From IMG/VR virus record IMGVR_UViG_2563366983_000010: 33,981 bases of DNA, one strand, 5' to 3'. The notes under the pieces are model-generated. The model was not told where the DNA came from. It saw only the letters and a program-made list of their open reading frames with translations, and did no database searches. Made by a program: the position numbers and the translations under genes. The stretch comes from a virus (lineage: Duplodnaviria; Heunggongvirae; Uroviricota; Caudoviricetes). Positions 18,302 through 26,878 of the stretch are shown in pieces (the first letter of the stretch is position 1; every line of letters starts with the position of its first letter).

Positions 18302-19263
18302 CAGTTATTCTCCTGTTTCGGTTTAGCGGCGAGGAACTCTTCCCCGGTAATACCCATGCTGCGGCACATCGCCAGTTCGGCGTCGGTCAGTGTCTGCGCG
18401 GGTTTATCCTTGCCCTGGCTGGGCTTGTCGTTGTTCACCAGCGGCTGTGCACCTCTGGTGTATTCCGCAAACTGTTTGCGGCCTTCTTCCGTGCGGCAGG
18501 TGGCAAGGAACATGTCACGGTTTGCCGGGGCCACTTTTCCGGCTTCGATGGCCGCATCCACAAGCGCTTCTGCTTCCTTAGCTTCCAGTTGCTGAAGGCG
18601 TTGTTCTGCGGTTTCTGCACGGTTCAGTGCCAGATTGTGGGTTTCCACCGGCACAAACTTCGTCAGGTCAGGTGTCTGTGCGCGGTTCAGCGCCACCTGT
18701 TCGCTCTCCTGAAGTTGTTTAATGGCGGCCACGGTATCGTCCACCGTGGCGGATTCAGCCAGCCCAAGCAGGCCGGTGATTTGCACAGGTACTGTCATCG
18801 GGTTTTTCTCCGTATTCAGTGCAGGAAAATCCAGGTTAGGTTTGTTGGTCAGCCCGACGCTGGACAGGCGCGTCACCACACCCTCCGCGTCATGGAAAAA
18901 CGCCGGGCTGTAATAGCGATAGCGGCGCTCGCTCAGCATCCACCTGGCGGATTCACTCCAGACAACACGCCCTTCAATGATGCCGTTGTCCGTCACCCGC
19001 AGTTCTTCCACCCAGCCATACGCCGGGGCTTCATCACCGCGTTGCCCTTTAATTTCGGTGGCGTGTTCAATGTCCACCGGAATTTTGATGTCGGACGAGC
19101 GGGTGACCACCTCATGCGGATTGCGGTTAATCCACGTCCGGCCATCGCGCCCGGTGAACTCACCCGCAGGGACGAGTTCAAGCCATTCCGGCAGTTGAGC
19201 GGGTGTCAGCTCAGGGATGGGTTCTGGCAGGGAAAAACACAGCGCCAGCAGTTCCGGTTGCAT
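18301..19263 (-). CDS. Head maturation protease / scaffold (Mu I-like)
   Basis: 320 aa; first gene after the F-I intergenic region; ATG at 19261-19263 with GGAG RBS. Confidence 0.75.
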   Translation of the reverse strand: MQPELLALCFSLPEPIPELTPAQLPEWLELVPAGEFTGRDGRTWINRNPHEVVTRSSDIKIPVDIEHATEIKGQRGDEAPAYGWVEELRVTDNGIIEGRVVWSESARWMLSERRYRYYSPAFFHDAEGVVTRLSSVGLTNKPNLDFPALNTEKNPMTVPVQITGLLGLAESATVDDTVAAIKQLQESEQVALNRAQTPDLTKFVPVETHNLALNRAETAEQRLQQLEAKEAEALVDAAIEAGKVAPANRDMFLATCRTEEGRKQFAEYTRGAQPLVNNDKPSQGKDKPAQTLTDAELAMCRSMGITGEEFLAAKPKQENN

Positions 19264-19312
19264 GTCAGTCTCCGTCGTTTGGGGTTACCGACGGTCAGTA
19301 TGCGGAAGGCAG

Positions 19313-19338
19313 AAAAAAAGCCGGATTTACCGGCTTCA
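19313..19338 (-). terminator. Intrinsic-terminator-like hairpin plus U-run (GAAGCCGG-TAAAT-CCGGCTTTTTTT); copy 1 of a duplicated element
   Basis: Minus strand reads TGAAGCCGGTAAATCCGGCTTTTTTT, identical over 26 bp to 26879-26904. Confidence 0.5.
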
Positions 19339-19476
19339 CTGAAAACGGGAAAATACCCCCTTCAAAACCCCTTCAAAAACGCCACAGCATCTTCAAAAAC
19401 GTCAGAATGCACATTCACGCCATCAGAATAAAAAACGCGTTTCTGATGCGTTTCAGGGGGATTTGCGGCGGGAGGG

Positions 19477-20241
19477 TTACTCTCTGTCAAAACGGGCCTG
19501 TTTTGTCGCCAGCTGGCGCGCCAGCGCCTGCTCACGGTTTATGCCGGGATTGTAGTTCCAGCCCGGATCAATCCCTTCCGGCACCTCTTCCTCTTCGCCC
19601 GTGCGTTTGTTCACCCAGCGGACAGTTCTGATTTCCGGCGCTTCGGTGTGAATGGTGCCCTGTGCCGCCAGTTGCGCATATTCACCACGGCTGACCTGAC
19701 GGATGGTGCATTTGCAGCCCCAGCCGTTAGGGGCGAAATGTGTCAGCCAGAACGGATGATCAACCGGCAGACACAGACGTGCCCATTTCACATGCTCCGC
19801 CCGGTGCTCGCGGGATGGTCCCAGCTCGTAAATCAGATACGGCATGGCCCGCTTTGTCCGCTGGATGCGTTCCCACTGGCCCGCCGCGCGGGCGGTGCGC
19901 ATGTTGGTATCAAAAATCGTGCGGAGGCGGCGGTCGCTGCCCAGTTGCACGGTGCGGGTTTCGCCCGTCAGCGGATCATCCATCTCCTGTACGCCCCACC
20001 ATCCGCGTTTTATCAGCAGCGGTTGCAGCGCCTCCCGGAACTCGCTGAACGTCTGTCCGCTTTGCAGGGCGTCTTCCACAAGGGCTTTCACATCCGACAA
20101 CAAATCCAGTTGCAGCATTTTTGCCACGGTGAAGCTGTTCCGGTGTTCTTCCCGCCACACATCCCGGTAATCAAAACCGGGGCGCAGCTTCTTCGCCTTC
20201 AGCCACGCCAGCGCCTCTTTCGGGATGAGGGTTTCACGCAT
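19477..20241 (-). CDS. Head morphogenesis / minor head protein (Mu F-like)
   Basis: Start chosen at Met20 of ORF 19477..20298 (GGGGGA RBS, minimal overlap with the portal stop). Confidence 0.65.
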   Translation of the reverse strand: MRETLIPKEALAWLKAKKLRPGFDYRDVWREEHRNSFTVAKMLQLDLLSDVKALVEDALQSGQTFSEFREALQPLLIKRGWWGVQEMDDPLTGETRTVQLGSDRRLRTIFDTNMRTARAAGQWERIQRTKRAMPYLIYELGPSREHRAEHVKWARLCLPVDHPFWLTHFAPNGWGCKCTIRQVSRGEYAQLAAQGTIHTEAPEIRTVRWVNKRTGEEEEVPEGIDPGWNYNPGINREQALARQLATKQARFDRE

Positions 20242-21805
20242 GGCCGGTGTCCCCCAGCGCACGCGCCTTAAAGCACACCTCCGCCAGTTGCAGGGCAAAG
20301 TCGTCCGCGTTCAGCGTTTCCTGAAGCTCAGGCAGACGTTTCAGAAAGTCATCAAAACTGTCGCATTCCTGCGCCAGTGTCAGCACCGGGTTTGTGAACG
20401 CCTCGCCGGTTTTCTGCCAGTCACGCAGGGCATCATCCACCATCTGAGCCAGTTCGTCGGGGTGTTCCCGGTTCAGGGCGACGCGCTCGCGGTTCATCGC
20501 CATTTCACCTGACATTCCGGCAGAAACCGGATGCAGAACATCAGCCCCTTCGTCCGGTTCCGCCAGGCCGAACCGATCCCGCAGCTCCGATTCCTGAACC
20601 CGCATCCCCCGGTCAATCAGTGGCACCAGAGCATCAGTCAGCGCCTTCAGATCTTCGGCTTCACTGATACGCAGAACAACACGGGGATAGTGCGCCTGTG
20701 GCCCGTAGTTGGCCTCGATGTAGGGACGCACCAGATATTCATTCAGCGTGTTAGCCAGCTGTCGCGCGTCCCAGCGCACAATGTCCATGCGCACCTGATT
20801 GTGCACGTCCGCCTGTGAACGCGAACTGCCGTTATCTGTGGTCATGGTCTGCCCCAGTACGGCTTTACTGATTTGCGCATCGCACCATTCCGCCATTTCA
20901 CGGAACAGTGCGCCGCCGTTATTCCGGCTGGCGGTTTCCTTCATTTCCAGTTGCATGGACTGCGGAATGGCACACCCGGCATCCGAGGCAATGGAAGCAA
21001 TCGCATCAATCAGCACGCGGATTTGCTCCTCCGTGGCGTTGGGGCCGTATTTCCCCACTGTAACCGGAATGCCGAACTTTTCCGCAAATGCCCACCAGTC
21101 GCGCACGGTAAAGGATTTCAGCATGTACATCACCGCCACCAGACGGGCCAGACCGTTACGCAGCGGCAGACCGGATTTCAGGCGCGGCTGGTGAACAATG
21201 AATTTTCCCGGTGTCAGCGGTACGCCATCCACCGGTTCATCGTCAGTCAGCAGGCGGAACTGGCGCAGCGTGGTTTTTTCGGCTTTCAGAAAACGGGGAT
21301 CAACCCACTCATAATCACGGGGAATCCAGTGGTTTTTGTGGGTATTCCAGAGGATTTCACAGACCGCCACGCCTTTTCCCAGCCCGTCGAGCAAATCAAA
21401 CATCAGTTCGGGGATTTGCGGGGCTTCCATCAGTGCACGGATGGCGTCCGCCAGTTGCACGTCAGCATCGTCATCACTGGCGGCCACCACCACCGGTTCG
21501 ATACCCGCCACCGTCAGCTTGCGGGTGCGCAGCACCGAGGCGTAATGCAAATCACGTTCTTCCATCTCTTCGGCAAGGATAAAAAAATCACGCGTGATGC
21601 CGTCGGCGGCATTGCGCAGAATGCCTGCCAGCCTGCCGGGATTCAGCCCGGAAGCAATGCTGATGCCCGGCGAGGCCGAACGTACGCCAGCCTGACGCGG
21701 GCGGGCCTGTGCTTCATTGAGCGTCTCTTTTTTCAGGGTGTCGCCCTCACCGGTTGTCGGGTTCAGCAAATGACGAACATCCCCGGTCTGTTGTTTCAGG
21801 TTCAC
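20234..21805 (-). CDS. Portal protein (Mu H / gp29-like)
   Basis: 523 aa directly downstream of the terminase large subunit; apparent GTG start overlapping the terminase stop. Confidence 0.75.
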   Translation of the reverse strand: MNLKQQTGDVRHLLNPTTGEGDTLKKETLNEAQARPRQAGVRSASPGISIASGLNPGRLAGILRNAADGITRDFFILAEEMEERDLHYASVLRTRKLTVAGIEPVVVAASDDDADVQLADAIRALMEAPQIPELMFDLLDGLGKGVAVCEILWNTHKNHWIPRDYEWVDPRFLKAEKTTLRQFRLLTDDEPVDGVPLTPGKFIVHQPRLKSGLPLRNGLARLVAVMYMLKSFTVRDWWAFAEKFGIPVTVGKYGPNATEEQIRVLIDAIASIASDAGCAIPQSMQLEMKETASRNNGGALFREMAEWCDAQISKAVLGQTMTTDNGSSRSQADVHNQVRMDIVRWDARQLANTLNEYLVRPYIEANYGPQAHYPRVVLRISEAEDLKALTDALVPLIDRGMRVQESELRDRFGLAEPDEGADVLHPVSAGMSGEMAMNRERVALNREHPDELAQMVDDALRDWQKTGEAFTNPVLTLAQECDSFDDFLKRLPELQETLNADDFALQLAEVCFKARALGDTGHA

Positions 21806-23337
21806 AGTAAACCTCCCTCATTTTTCAGGCCGCGTGTCAGTTTCATCTGGCGGCGCGTGTTGCCTTCTTCCGGTTTCGCCGGGCGGTTCAGGCGGTGCAG
21901 CTCGTAACGGTGGCAGTCATCCTTGCTGGCAAGGAAGCCCAGGAAAATGGCCACAGCGGCATCGCCGTGACGCTTGCGGCCATCGCTACCTTTAGTACGG
22001 GCATCGTCAATGCCGGGAACACCACGCAGTAACTGAATGGCCCCGAGGTCATTGATCACGTCTTCATGCTTCGGAAGGATCAGCTCATCATCTTCAAACG
22101 CTGCACGGAAACGGGGCATGTTTTCGCGGTAGAACGCCACGGACAGCATCACCTGTTCCACCTCATCGCCGTACCGCTCCGCCGCCTGTTCTGCCAGATA
22201 CTGACCATTCCCCCGTGCATCCATTTTGATACCGTCACGACGGGGCAGACGATCGCAAAGCCAGAACAGCACCTGCTCCTGCTGTTTAAACGGCACATTG
22301 CCAAGCTCAACCAGGAACGGCACCTCGCGGGTGGTGTCATCGTTCACCGTCACAGGGGCCAGTACGGTCAGGTCCCCCGAACGCGCAAAGTCTTCCCCCA
22401 GACAGTGGCGCAGGTTCTTCGGGAGTTTTTCCAGCTCGGGGCGCACCACCGTTTCCAGCCATTCCCGGATATCTGCCCGGCGCTGGCTTTCCGTCAGTGC
22501 GTTAAATTCCGGTGTGCCGGTAAAGCGCAACACTTTCCCGGTGCCACGGGCCGCACGTTCACGCAGTGAGCGGGGGATATACGTGCCGCCGCCGTTTTTC
22601 GGGACGCAGTAGTATTCCTCCAGGGCGTCTTCGCGGGTGGCGGTATTTCTCAGCAGACCTTCTTTCCATTCCGCCTCGGCCTCCGGTGACCACACCATGC
22701 CGCGCACCTGACAGATACGCCGGTACAGCCCGTCATTGCAGGCATCATCCAGCGTGATGGTGTGAATACGGTAATCTTTTTTGCCTGCGCGGCTTTCCTG
22801 AATCAGCTGGTTAAACGGGTTGTCCACGCCGTCATGGGTGGAAATAAGGCGAACCTTACCGCCCCACGTGGTCAGTGGTGTGACCGCCTTGAGTACCTCA
22901 TCCAGTTGTTCATGAAACGCCGCTTCGTCGATGGTGACATTCCCCTGCATCCCGCGAATGTTGCCCGGATTACTGGACAGCGCCTTGACCTTAAATCCGC
23001 TGGCGAAGTACACGACGAACGTCAGAATGTCCTTGTCTTCGTCGGTGATCACTTCCTCGCGGATTTCTTCTGCTGCCGCATTAAACGCTTTCGCCCACAT
23101 CGCCACGGCGTCGATAAATTCGCGGGCCATCTCCTTATTCGAACCGATATAAAAGTGATCGCTCCCGCCGTTTTCCTTCTTCAGTGATGCGGTCAGTGCC
23201 GCATCTGCCGCTTCTGCCCAGGTTAAACCGGTACGGCGGGATTTCTCGGCGATTTTCAGTTTTGAATCATCCGCAACCCAGCGTTTCTGATACGGCAGCA
23301 GAACATCGGATTCACTGAACGTGTTCATCTGTGTCAT
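21802..23337 (-). CDS. Terminase large subunit (Mu gp28-like)
   Basis: 511 aa; size and position upstream of the portal gene. Confidence 0.8.
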   Translation of the reverse strand: MTQMNTFSESDVLLPYQKRWVADDSKLKIAEKSRRTGLTWAEAADAALTASLKKENGGSDHFYIGSNKEMAREFIDAVAMWAKAFNAAAEEIREEVITDEDKDILTFVVYFASGFKVKALSSNPGNIRGMQGNVTIDEAAFHEQLDEVLKAVTPLTTWGGKVRLISTHDGVDNPFNQLIQESRAGKKDYRIHTITLDDACNDGLYRRICQVRGMVWSPEAEAEWKEGLLRNTATREDALEEYYCVPKNGGGTYIPRSLRERAARGTGKVLRFTGTPEFNALTESQRRADIREWLETVVRPELEKLPKNLRHCLGEDFARSGDLTVLAPVTVNDDTTREVPFLVELGNVPFKQQEQVLFWLCDRLPRRDGIKMDARGNGQYLAEQAAERYGDEVEQVMLSVAFYRENMPRFRAAFEDDELILPKHEDVINDLGAIQLLRGVPGIDDARTKGSDGRKRHGDAAVAIFLGFLASKDDCHRYELHRLNRPAKPEEGNTRRQMKLTRGLKNEGGLL

Positions 23338-23915
23338 GCGCTAATCCCCAGAATGTCCCGTTTGATGGTGTCAGCCGCACCGCCTGACAGACCGCCCGTT
23401 CTGACCAGCTCTTCGGTTTTTTCTGCCATCTCCTGCGCAAACGCATCGCGGATCGCTTTCTCGCGTTTATGGCTGGTCATGGCGGCCGCTTCCAGACGCT
23501 GGGCAACCAGCGCCAGTTGGCCCAGCGCCTTCGGTGCAACGGGCTTGTCGTCTTCTGCCATCGACATGGACGTTTCAAAGGCCAGCGTTTTTACAAACTC
23601 CATCAGCAGCTTGCCGACGTCTGACGTCGGCGCGGAACCCAGCTTTGCCGCCCAGACCTCGGCCATCTCGCGGGAGGCGCGGATTTTGGCCCCGACTTTT
23701 TCCATACGGCTGGCATAGCGGTTTAAGCCCGTCCGGCTTAACTGCATCTCTTCCGGCAGGTTGTGTTCGTCAATCAGGGCGTTGATGGCTTCGCGGATTT
23801 CTTCCTGCGTGTGCCGCTTTTCCCGCAGCATCTGATGTAACTGCTCCCGGATGCTGTCCGGGAGTAAATCCACTTTGGAAAGACGGCCACGGGTGGGGCG
23901 TTGTTCATTTTCCAT
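23334..23915 (-). CDS. Terminase small subunit-like protein (Mu gp27-like)
   Basis: 193 aa, ATGA-coupled to the terminase large subunit. Confidence 0.55.
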   Translation of the reverse strand: MENEQRPTRGRLSKVDLLPDSIREQLHQMLREKRHTQEEIREAINALIDEHNLPEEMQLSRTGLNRYASRMEKVGAKIRASREMAEVWAAKLGSAPTSDVGKLLMEFVKTLAFETSMSMAEDDKPVAPKALGQLALVAQRLEAAAMTSHKREKAIRDAFAQEMAEKTEELVRTGGLSGGAADTIKRDILGISA

Positions 23916-24192
23916 CTTCAGACCTCTGCGTTTTCAGACCGGCGTATATTTCTTCACGAACGGACTGAATATCCTTACTTAACAGCTTCCACAGCCGCGC
24001 ACATGCCGGTGATGATCGCAGGGCGCGTTTCATGGGGGTATCCGGTGCATCCGGGTTCCAGGGCTTTCCTGTCTGTTTTTCGTATGCACGGACAATGGCG
24101 TTTTGCTCAATATCTGCCAGCACAAGGCAGTACGCCAGTTGCCGCACGACGGCCCGTTCTCCGCGACTTAACGGCTTCAGTTTTCGGGCCAT
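23905..24192 (-). CDS. Hypothetical late protein (95 aa)
   Basis: ORF in the late operon with overlapping start/stop to neighbours. Confidence 0.4.
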   Translation of the reverse strand: MARKLKPLSRGERAVVRQLAYCLVLADIEQNAIVRAYEKQTGKPWNPDAPDTPMKRALRSSPACARLWKLLSKDIQSVREEIYAGLKTQRSEDGK

Positions 24193-24194
24193 GC

Positions 24195-24488
24195 TCAGTC
24201 CCTCGCACGGGGTTTTTTAACGCCCGGAACGCTGGACAGGCCGTTTGCCACATCCTCGCCGCTGCCGGTGATTTCAGCCACGTAACAGCCGCCCACATCA
24301 GACAGACGAACCAGCCCCTGCTCGCGAAGCCATGCAAGCTGAGTGCGCACCACATCACGGGATACCTTATGACCGTAAGCCTGAAGGCAGGTCTGCAACA
24401 CGGATTCATTCGCGCTGTCGCCACAGTCCAGCAGGGAACGCAGCAACACAAGACGACGGTCTTCAGTGAGGATCTCTTTCATCGCCAT
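24195..24488 (-). CDS. Hypothetical late protein, possible winged-helix fold (97 aa)
   Basis: Segment RTQLAWLREQGLVRL is winged-helix-like; function unknown. Confidence 0.4.
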   Translation of the reverse strand: MAMKEILTEDRRLVLLRSLLDCGDSANESVLQTCLQAYGHKVSRDVVRTQLAWLREQGLVRLSDVGGCYVAEITGSGEDVANGLSSVPGVKKPRARD

Positions 24489-24793
24489 TAATTTTTTTCC
24501 TTTAACTCGTTCTCTAATAACAAATCGCTGATGCGGGATACCTGGCGGATGGATGGCCCCAGTTCTTTGATTTCTCCCCGCAGATTGCTGATATCCAGTT
24601 GCAGGCGGTGGAACTCATCACGGTCGGGTAAATGGTGTACCTGGCTTTCCATCACCGACACGCGGGAACGGAGTGAATCAAACTCTTCACGTTTGACGTA
24701 GGTTTTCGCCAGAATCAGCTGAAGCAGGTTTATTCCTGTCATCAGCAATGCCCACAGAATGGGCCAGTTGGCTCTGATCATTTCCCAGGACAC
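24488..24793 (-). CDS. Membrane-anchored coiled-coil protein (i-spanin-like or lysis accessory)
   Basis: 101 aa; N-terminal hydrophobic segment (WPILWALLMTGINLLQLIL) followed by a charged helical region. Apparent GTG start, with an alternative ATG at 24781. Confidence 0.45.
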   Translation of the reverse strand: MSWEMIRANWPILWALLMTGINLLQLILAKTYVKREEFDSLRSRVSVMESQVHHLPDRDEFHRLQLDISNLRGEIKELGPSIRQVSRISDLLLENELKEKN

Positions 24794-25005
24794 GTTTTCC
24801 TCCTGCGTTCCCGCATCTGCTGACAGTCAATACAGGTCACCACATCCGGCAGCGCCGCAAGGCGCTGTGCCGGAATAACGTTCCCGCAGTCATTGCAGAA
24901 GCCCCGGCTGTGGGGCGTTTCTTTTGTCCGTGTTTGCCAGGCTTTAACGACGCTCTGACGCTCGTTCAGAACCACTTCACTGATGCGATCGATTTCGTCG
25001 GTCAT
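24778..25005 (-). CDS. TraR/DksA-family C4 zinc-finger protein
   Basis: 75 aa with CNDCGNVIP...CIDCQ spacing typical of TraR/DksA zinc ribbons; ATGA-coupled to the upstream gene. Confidence 0.6.
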   Translation of the reverse strand: MTDEIDRISEVVLNERQSVVKAWQTRTKETPHSRGFCNDCGNVIPAQRLAALPDVVTCIDCQQMRERRRKTCPGK

Positions 25006-25610
25006 TTCAGCCCCGCAGACATTTTGTGACGGCTTGATTTGCTGTAACGGGCAAAGCCGTCAAGGGTTCTTACACCGAGATAGCCCAGCGCCGGGGTAAG
25101 CAACATCAGCGTGATATCCCAGTCCGGTGATGGCATATGCAGCGTGATACCTCTGGCACCGGCAATGGCTCCGGCAATCTGGCCGCAGGAGAGCAACAGC
25201 ACATAGGCCAGACTGCTGTAACAGGAAAGGCGGGCCAGCAGCGGGCGTGTCTGGCGCACATAGCTGTCCGTGGCGTTGTCACCATTGCGGATGGTTTCCT
25301 GCTGTTCGTGGTGTGCGGCCTGCTGGTCAGCCAGCACCAGCTTCTGCCGTTCCACCTCCAGCTGTTGCAGCTGAACTTTCAGGGTTTCCAGCTGCATCAG
25401 TTGCTCCGGTGACAGCATCACCAGTTTTTGTTCCAGAATGCGTTGCTGTTCAGCCACCGGCAGGCTTTCCCGGACGCTTTCCACCATACCGGCCACCGAG
25501 TCAGCAGCGGCAGATGTGCTGCCACCAAACCAGCGCCCGACGGAACGAATCAGCCCCGGCCCGGCTTTCAGCAGAACAGAGGCGATGCCTGAAAGGGTTA
25601 ACGGATCCAC
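25002..25610 (-). CDS. Coiled-coil protein with C-terminal transmembrane segments (lysis-associated?)
   Basis: Start placed at the GTG at 25608-25610, preceded by GGAGG at 6-nt spacing. Gln/Leu-rich helical region, then hydrophobic segments (LAYVLLLSCGQIAGAIAGA and ITLMLLTPALGYLGV). Confidence 0.4.
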   Translation of the reverse strand: MDPLTLSGIASVLLKAGPGLIRSVGRWFGGSTSAAADSVAGMVESVRESLPVAEQQRILEQKLVMLSPEQLMQLETLKVQLQQLEVERQKLVLADQQAAHHEQQETIRNGDNATDSYVRQTRPLLARLSCYSSLAYVLLLSCGQIAGAIAGARGITLHMPSPDWDITLMLLTPALGYLGVRTLDGFARYSKSSRHKMSAGLK

Positions 25611-26023
25611 GGGAAACCTCCATACAGATAACGCTGAAGACAGAGCAGACCGCCGCAACAACCACCACACAGCCAGAACACCGGATGCACCGGTGACATC
25701 ATCATCAGCGTGCTGAAGACGCAGCAGAAATATCCCAGCGCCCAGACCACCCATGACCACACGATAATGTGGCGACCAAAAGCCCGGTAACGGACCTCAG
25801 GCAGCAGGCGAAATGGCACATTCCCGAGGCTTGCGCTGTATGAAAACAACACCACCCCGGCAAAGGACAACAACATCAACACGAACGATCGCCAGCCACA
25901 TAACATGCTGATGATGAACATGCAGAGTGTCAGTCCGGCCAGCGGCCATGGGGTTCTCATCAGTCGGGAACAAAGCAGCCAGTCACACAGTTTTAAAATT
26001 TTGTTCATTACCTTTTTCCACAT
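25598..26023 (-). CDS. Polytopic Cys-rich membrane protein (holin candidate or membrane moron)
   Basis: Start at Met58 of ORF 25598..26194 (MWKKVMNKILKL...), 141 aa with about four hydrophobic segments and many Cys. Confidence 0.4.
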   Translation of the reverse strand: MWKKVMNKILKLCDWLLCSRLMRTPWPLAGLTLCMFIISMLCGWRSFVLMLLSFAGVVLFSYSASLGNVPFRLLPEVRYRAFGRHIIVWSWVVWALGYFCCVFSTLMMMSPVHPVFWLCGGCCGGLLCLQRYLYGGFPWIR

Positions 26024-26234
26024 TGAATTTTTCCCTGTACTTCTGGCACTGCCAGAAAATGTCCCGTGTATCCACGGAGTTCCAGCCACGCATGTAGTAG
26101 CTGGCGTGTGTGCCGTCATGGCCGGTATAGTCCAGCGGTTTCGGAGGCGGGCCTCCGGCCATGCGGTGTAAAACCTCCTGACGCAGGCGGTCACGCCGCC
26201 CGGCTTTCAGGGAGGCGTCCCAGCCTTTGCCCAT
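25983..26234 (-). CDS. Hypothetical hydrophilic protein (83 aa)
   Basis: ATG one nt after the endolysin stop, with GGGGG RBS; overlaps the start of the membrane-protein gene in another frame. Confidence 0.3.
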   Translation of the reverse strand: MGKGWDASLKAGRRDRLRQEVLHRMAGGPPPKPLDYTGHDGTHASYYMRGWNSVDTRDIFWQCQKYREKFNVEKGNEQNFKTV

Positions 26235-26235
26235 G

Positions 26236-26823
26236 TCACCCCCGCGTGGTGGACGGCGCGTTGTCGATGATTTCCAGACAGGCGTCGGTCAGTTTTTCCA
26301 TGCGGTTAAACCAGCCATTCAGGTATTTGCCCTGGGCGGGTTTGGATTTGATGATTTCGGCATAAAAGCGGGAACGACGGACAATGCAGCGGGTCAGCAA
26401 CCAGTCCGGGGTGGACAGGCTCACGGCCTTACGGGTACGCGGGCCGATGATGCCGTCAGCATCCACATCAGTGGCTTCCTGCAAAATTTTGATAGCTTTT
26501 TTAACGCCATGCTGAACCGCCGCATCGAACACAAACATCGCCACGCCATCAGGCCACTGGTCACATCCGGCAGGCAGCCAGTAATCGCGCCAGTAAATCT
26601 GCGCAACCTGTTCGCGGGTTAAATCCTTAATGCGGGTGTCGGGTTTACCATCGCCGTTGACATCGGTTTTGCCGTCAATCACACCGTCGCGGCGGTCAGA
26701 AATGCCGTATTTGGTTTCGCCGCCACGGTCTGTGGGGTCATTGACATAGACGCCTTCGATATCAGGACGCAGAATAAAATTCAGCGCATGTTCAAAGGCC
26801 GGAGAGAATTTTTGATTTTCCAT
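26236..26823 (-). CDS. Endolysin, GH108-like lysozyme domain with C-terminal peptidoglycan-binding domain
   Basis: N-terminal EGVYVNDPTDRGGETKYGIS motif typical of glycoside hydrolase family 108; C-terminal DGIIGPRTRKAV motif typical of PG_binding_3. No signal peptide or SAR segment. Confidence 0.75.
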   Translation of the reverse strand: MENQKFSPAFEHALNFILRPDIEGVYVNDPTDRGGETKYGISDRRDGVIDGKTDVNGDGKPDTRIKDLTREQVAQIYWRDYWLPAGCDQWPDGVAMFVFDAAVQHGVKKAIKILQEATDVDADGIIGPRTRKAVSLSTPDWLLTRCIVRRSRFYAEIIKSKPAQGKYLNGWFNRMEKLTDACLEIIDNAPSTTRG

Positions 26824-26878
26824 AAAAGCACCTGTGAAGCAGAGTTAAACGTGGTCTGCTTCATAGTGCCGGAGGCAC

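Noticed and set aside
18589-19431. Plus-strand ORF of 280 aa antisense to the protease/scaffold gene
   Set aside because: Lies opposite a well-supported minus-strand gene, has no RBS or start context, and has Arg/His/Gly-rich composition typical of antisense frames in GC-rich coding DNA.
20873-21907. Plus-strand ORF of 344 aa antisense to the portal gene
   Set aside because: Same reasoning: fully embedded antisense to the portal gene, low-complexity Arg/Gly/His-rich translation, no operon context.
23901-24491. Plus-strand ORF of 196 aa opposite the small late genes
   Set aside because: Overlaps three co-directional minus-strand ORFs with start/stop coupling; no RBS.
25611-25760. N-terminal extension of the 25002-25760 ORF overlapping the upstream membrane-protein gene by 160 nt
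   Set aside because: A GTG at 25608-25610 with a GGAGG RBS at ideal spacing gives a start with only a short overlap; the longer form would require extensive out-of-frame dual coding.
26024-26194. Long N-terminal extension (57 aa) of the Cys-rich membrane-protein ORF
   Set aside because: The extension is hydrophilic and overlaps the 83-aa ORF in another frame; the Met58 start has an AGGGAA RBS and begins the hydrophobic protein.
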